Shown here piece by piece: positions 62,561 through 64,000 of a DNA stretch of 64,000 nt. The translations under genes were made by a program, and so were the position numbers. The stretch's first letter is position 1, and every line of letters starts with the position of its first letter. The notes beneath the pieces were generated by a model. That model was not told the DNA's origin and made no database searches. It worked only from the letters and a program-made list of their open reading frames with translations. This stretch comes from Schmidtea polychroa (lineage: Eukaryota). Location: NCBI GenBank assembly GCA_044892525.1, contig CM097886.1, positions 66,340,001 through 66,404,000 on the forward strand, in the 5' to 3' direction.

Positions 62561-63270
62561 CAGGGATGCTTTCCTACCGGTTCGCACCGGTTCGTGCGAA
62601 CCGTTAGATGTAAATTCTATGGTTCGTGCGAACCGGCTATTAAAATAAGCGGAAAAAAATTATTTAAATTTTATCAAGTTACCATAGATAGATATATATG
62701 TAAAAGTTAAATCTAAATATTTCATTTTATCGGCTGCTGGATTTGATACAAATTATTTAAAACTGAATTTAATAGGATTCTGTTCTGGTGGTGCTAGCGT
62801 AATGCTCGGTTGTAAATCTGGAGTCAGCGTACGAATAAAAAAGATGTTTCCAAATGTTATTATTTGGCACTGTCTCAATCACCGTCTACAACTTGTTTTA
62901 GATGATTCCATAAACGATATCAAACAGGTTAATCATTTTAAAGTTTTCATGGACAAAATATATTGTATTTTCATCAATCTAATAAAAACCAAAATGAGCT
63001 GAATAATATTTTCCAGGAGCTTAGTTTTGAAATAATTAAGATTGGAAGAGTGTTAGGACCAAGATGGGCTGCGTGCAGCCTAAGATCTGCTCTTGCTGTA
63101 TGGCGGAGCTACCCTGCTTTGTATACGTTGTTCTCTTCTAACCAAAAAATGTCTGGAATGGCAAAACGACTACAAAACAAATGTTTTCTAGTAGATTTTG
63201 CTCTAATGATTGACATTCTACAGGATTGCTCTCTACTATCTAATACCCTTCAAGCTAGAAATATAAATGT
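62561..63270 (+). mobile_element. Internally deleted hAT element (ZNF862/KIAA1586-like transposase)
   Basis: Starts CAGGGATG with ACCGGTTCG subterminal repeats. SGGASVMLG (catalytic D lost), [10 protein letters not shown] and RWAACSLRS. Confidence 0.85.
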
Positions 63271-64000
63271 TACAATTTTTTTTGGCGGCCCTTCATTTCA
63301 ATTCCAATTTTTATGCAGCTTTATACCCTAATAGTTTGTCTAGGCCTGGTCTACTTTCAAAGGATAAATTTTTCCAAAATTTCATTATGCCCTATTAATT
63401 TTAATATGAAACCATTTGTTCAAATTTTCGACATAAAACTAATATGTTGACTTTGGCGAATTTTATTTTGTATTTTAAAGATGACGCTCAAAATCTCTAC
63501 CAAAATTTAGCAGTTCCCTTATGTGAAAGAGTAATTTCTAAAAGTAGGACATCCATAATAATAAAATGGCATAAAATTTTTATGAATTTCACCAAGTTTT
63601 TATTAATTGAAATCCATTTAAAACATTTTTCCTTATTACATGTTACATAATAATCCATTTTAAACTTGGATGTATAAATGGATATGTCTATATTCATAAA
63701 ACCAGTAACTCTCAAAAATATTTAAAAAATCATAAAATCTGGATTTTCAAGCAGAATACGAAAACAAGAAAGAATATTTTCTTTTTGATATATAACTCCT
63801 TCAATGACAAATTTTATTTTTCTTCCAAAATTATTTTCAAAAATAATGGATTTTTATCTTTTGTTGATTTATTCTCTCGCTTTCAAAAATTCGTTATTGA
63901 AGAACTTTCAAATTCTGAAATCACACTAGGTTTACTTTGAAATACAGGTACTTCCGTGTTACCTTACCCCAAAAAATTAAATTAAAAAAGAATACATATA

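Overview
AT-rich eukaryotic (metazoan) genomic DNA with three assembly gaps (8295-8462, 10032-10265, 40903-41050). Host genes mix 41-64 bp micro-introns with introns of up to 15 kb filled with transposons. That pattern fits a planarian-like flatworm, which is an inference. Host genes: a MANF/CDNF (ARMET) copy with several lesions, GRWD1 (full length, one in-frame TAA), a possible PELP1/Rix1-like helical/acidic protein, and a GRB2-like SH3-SH2-SH3 adaptor spread over 20 kb. Transposon remnants include Ty3/gypsy pol, Tigger/pogo, mariner, Tc1/IS630-like, several hAT, piggyBac MITEs, Merlin and foldback-like repeats. The most unusual component is a family of diverged LTR-like modules (A 1-7558, B ~10.4-13.6 kb, D ~17.6-18.5 kb, E ~30.0-30.3 kb, C ~54.1-58.3 kb). 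Subsets of these share a TGTTGGGCTAGAA terminus (A, C, D), a CTCGCA..AATT(A/G)G..TATA promoter-like motif (A, C, E, partly D) and a CCTTCTATCGGC..GCTCAC block (A, B, C). B and C encode an unrecognised coiled-coil/basic protein family (LEGT[WY]FSPA[EQ]MK). A carries an intronless, operon-like array of A-rich ORFs, including a BIR-BIR-UBA-RING inhibitor of apoptosis and a signal-peptide/TM protein split at an A_AAA_AAC run. No RT/integrase of this family is visible in the window, so its class is inferred, not shown.
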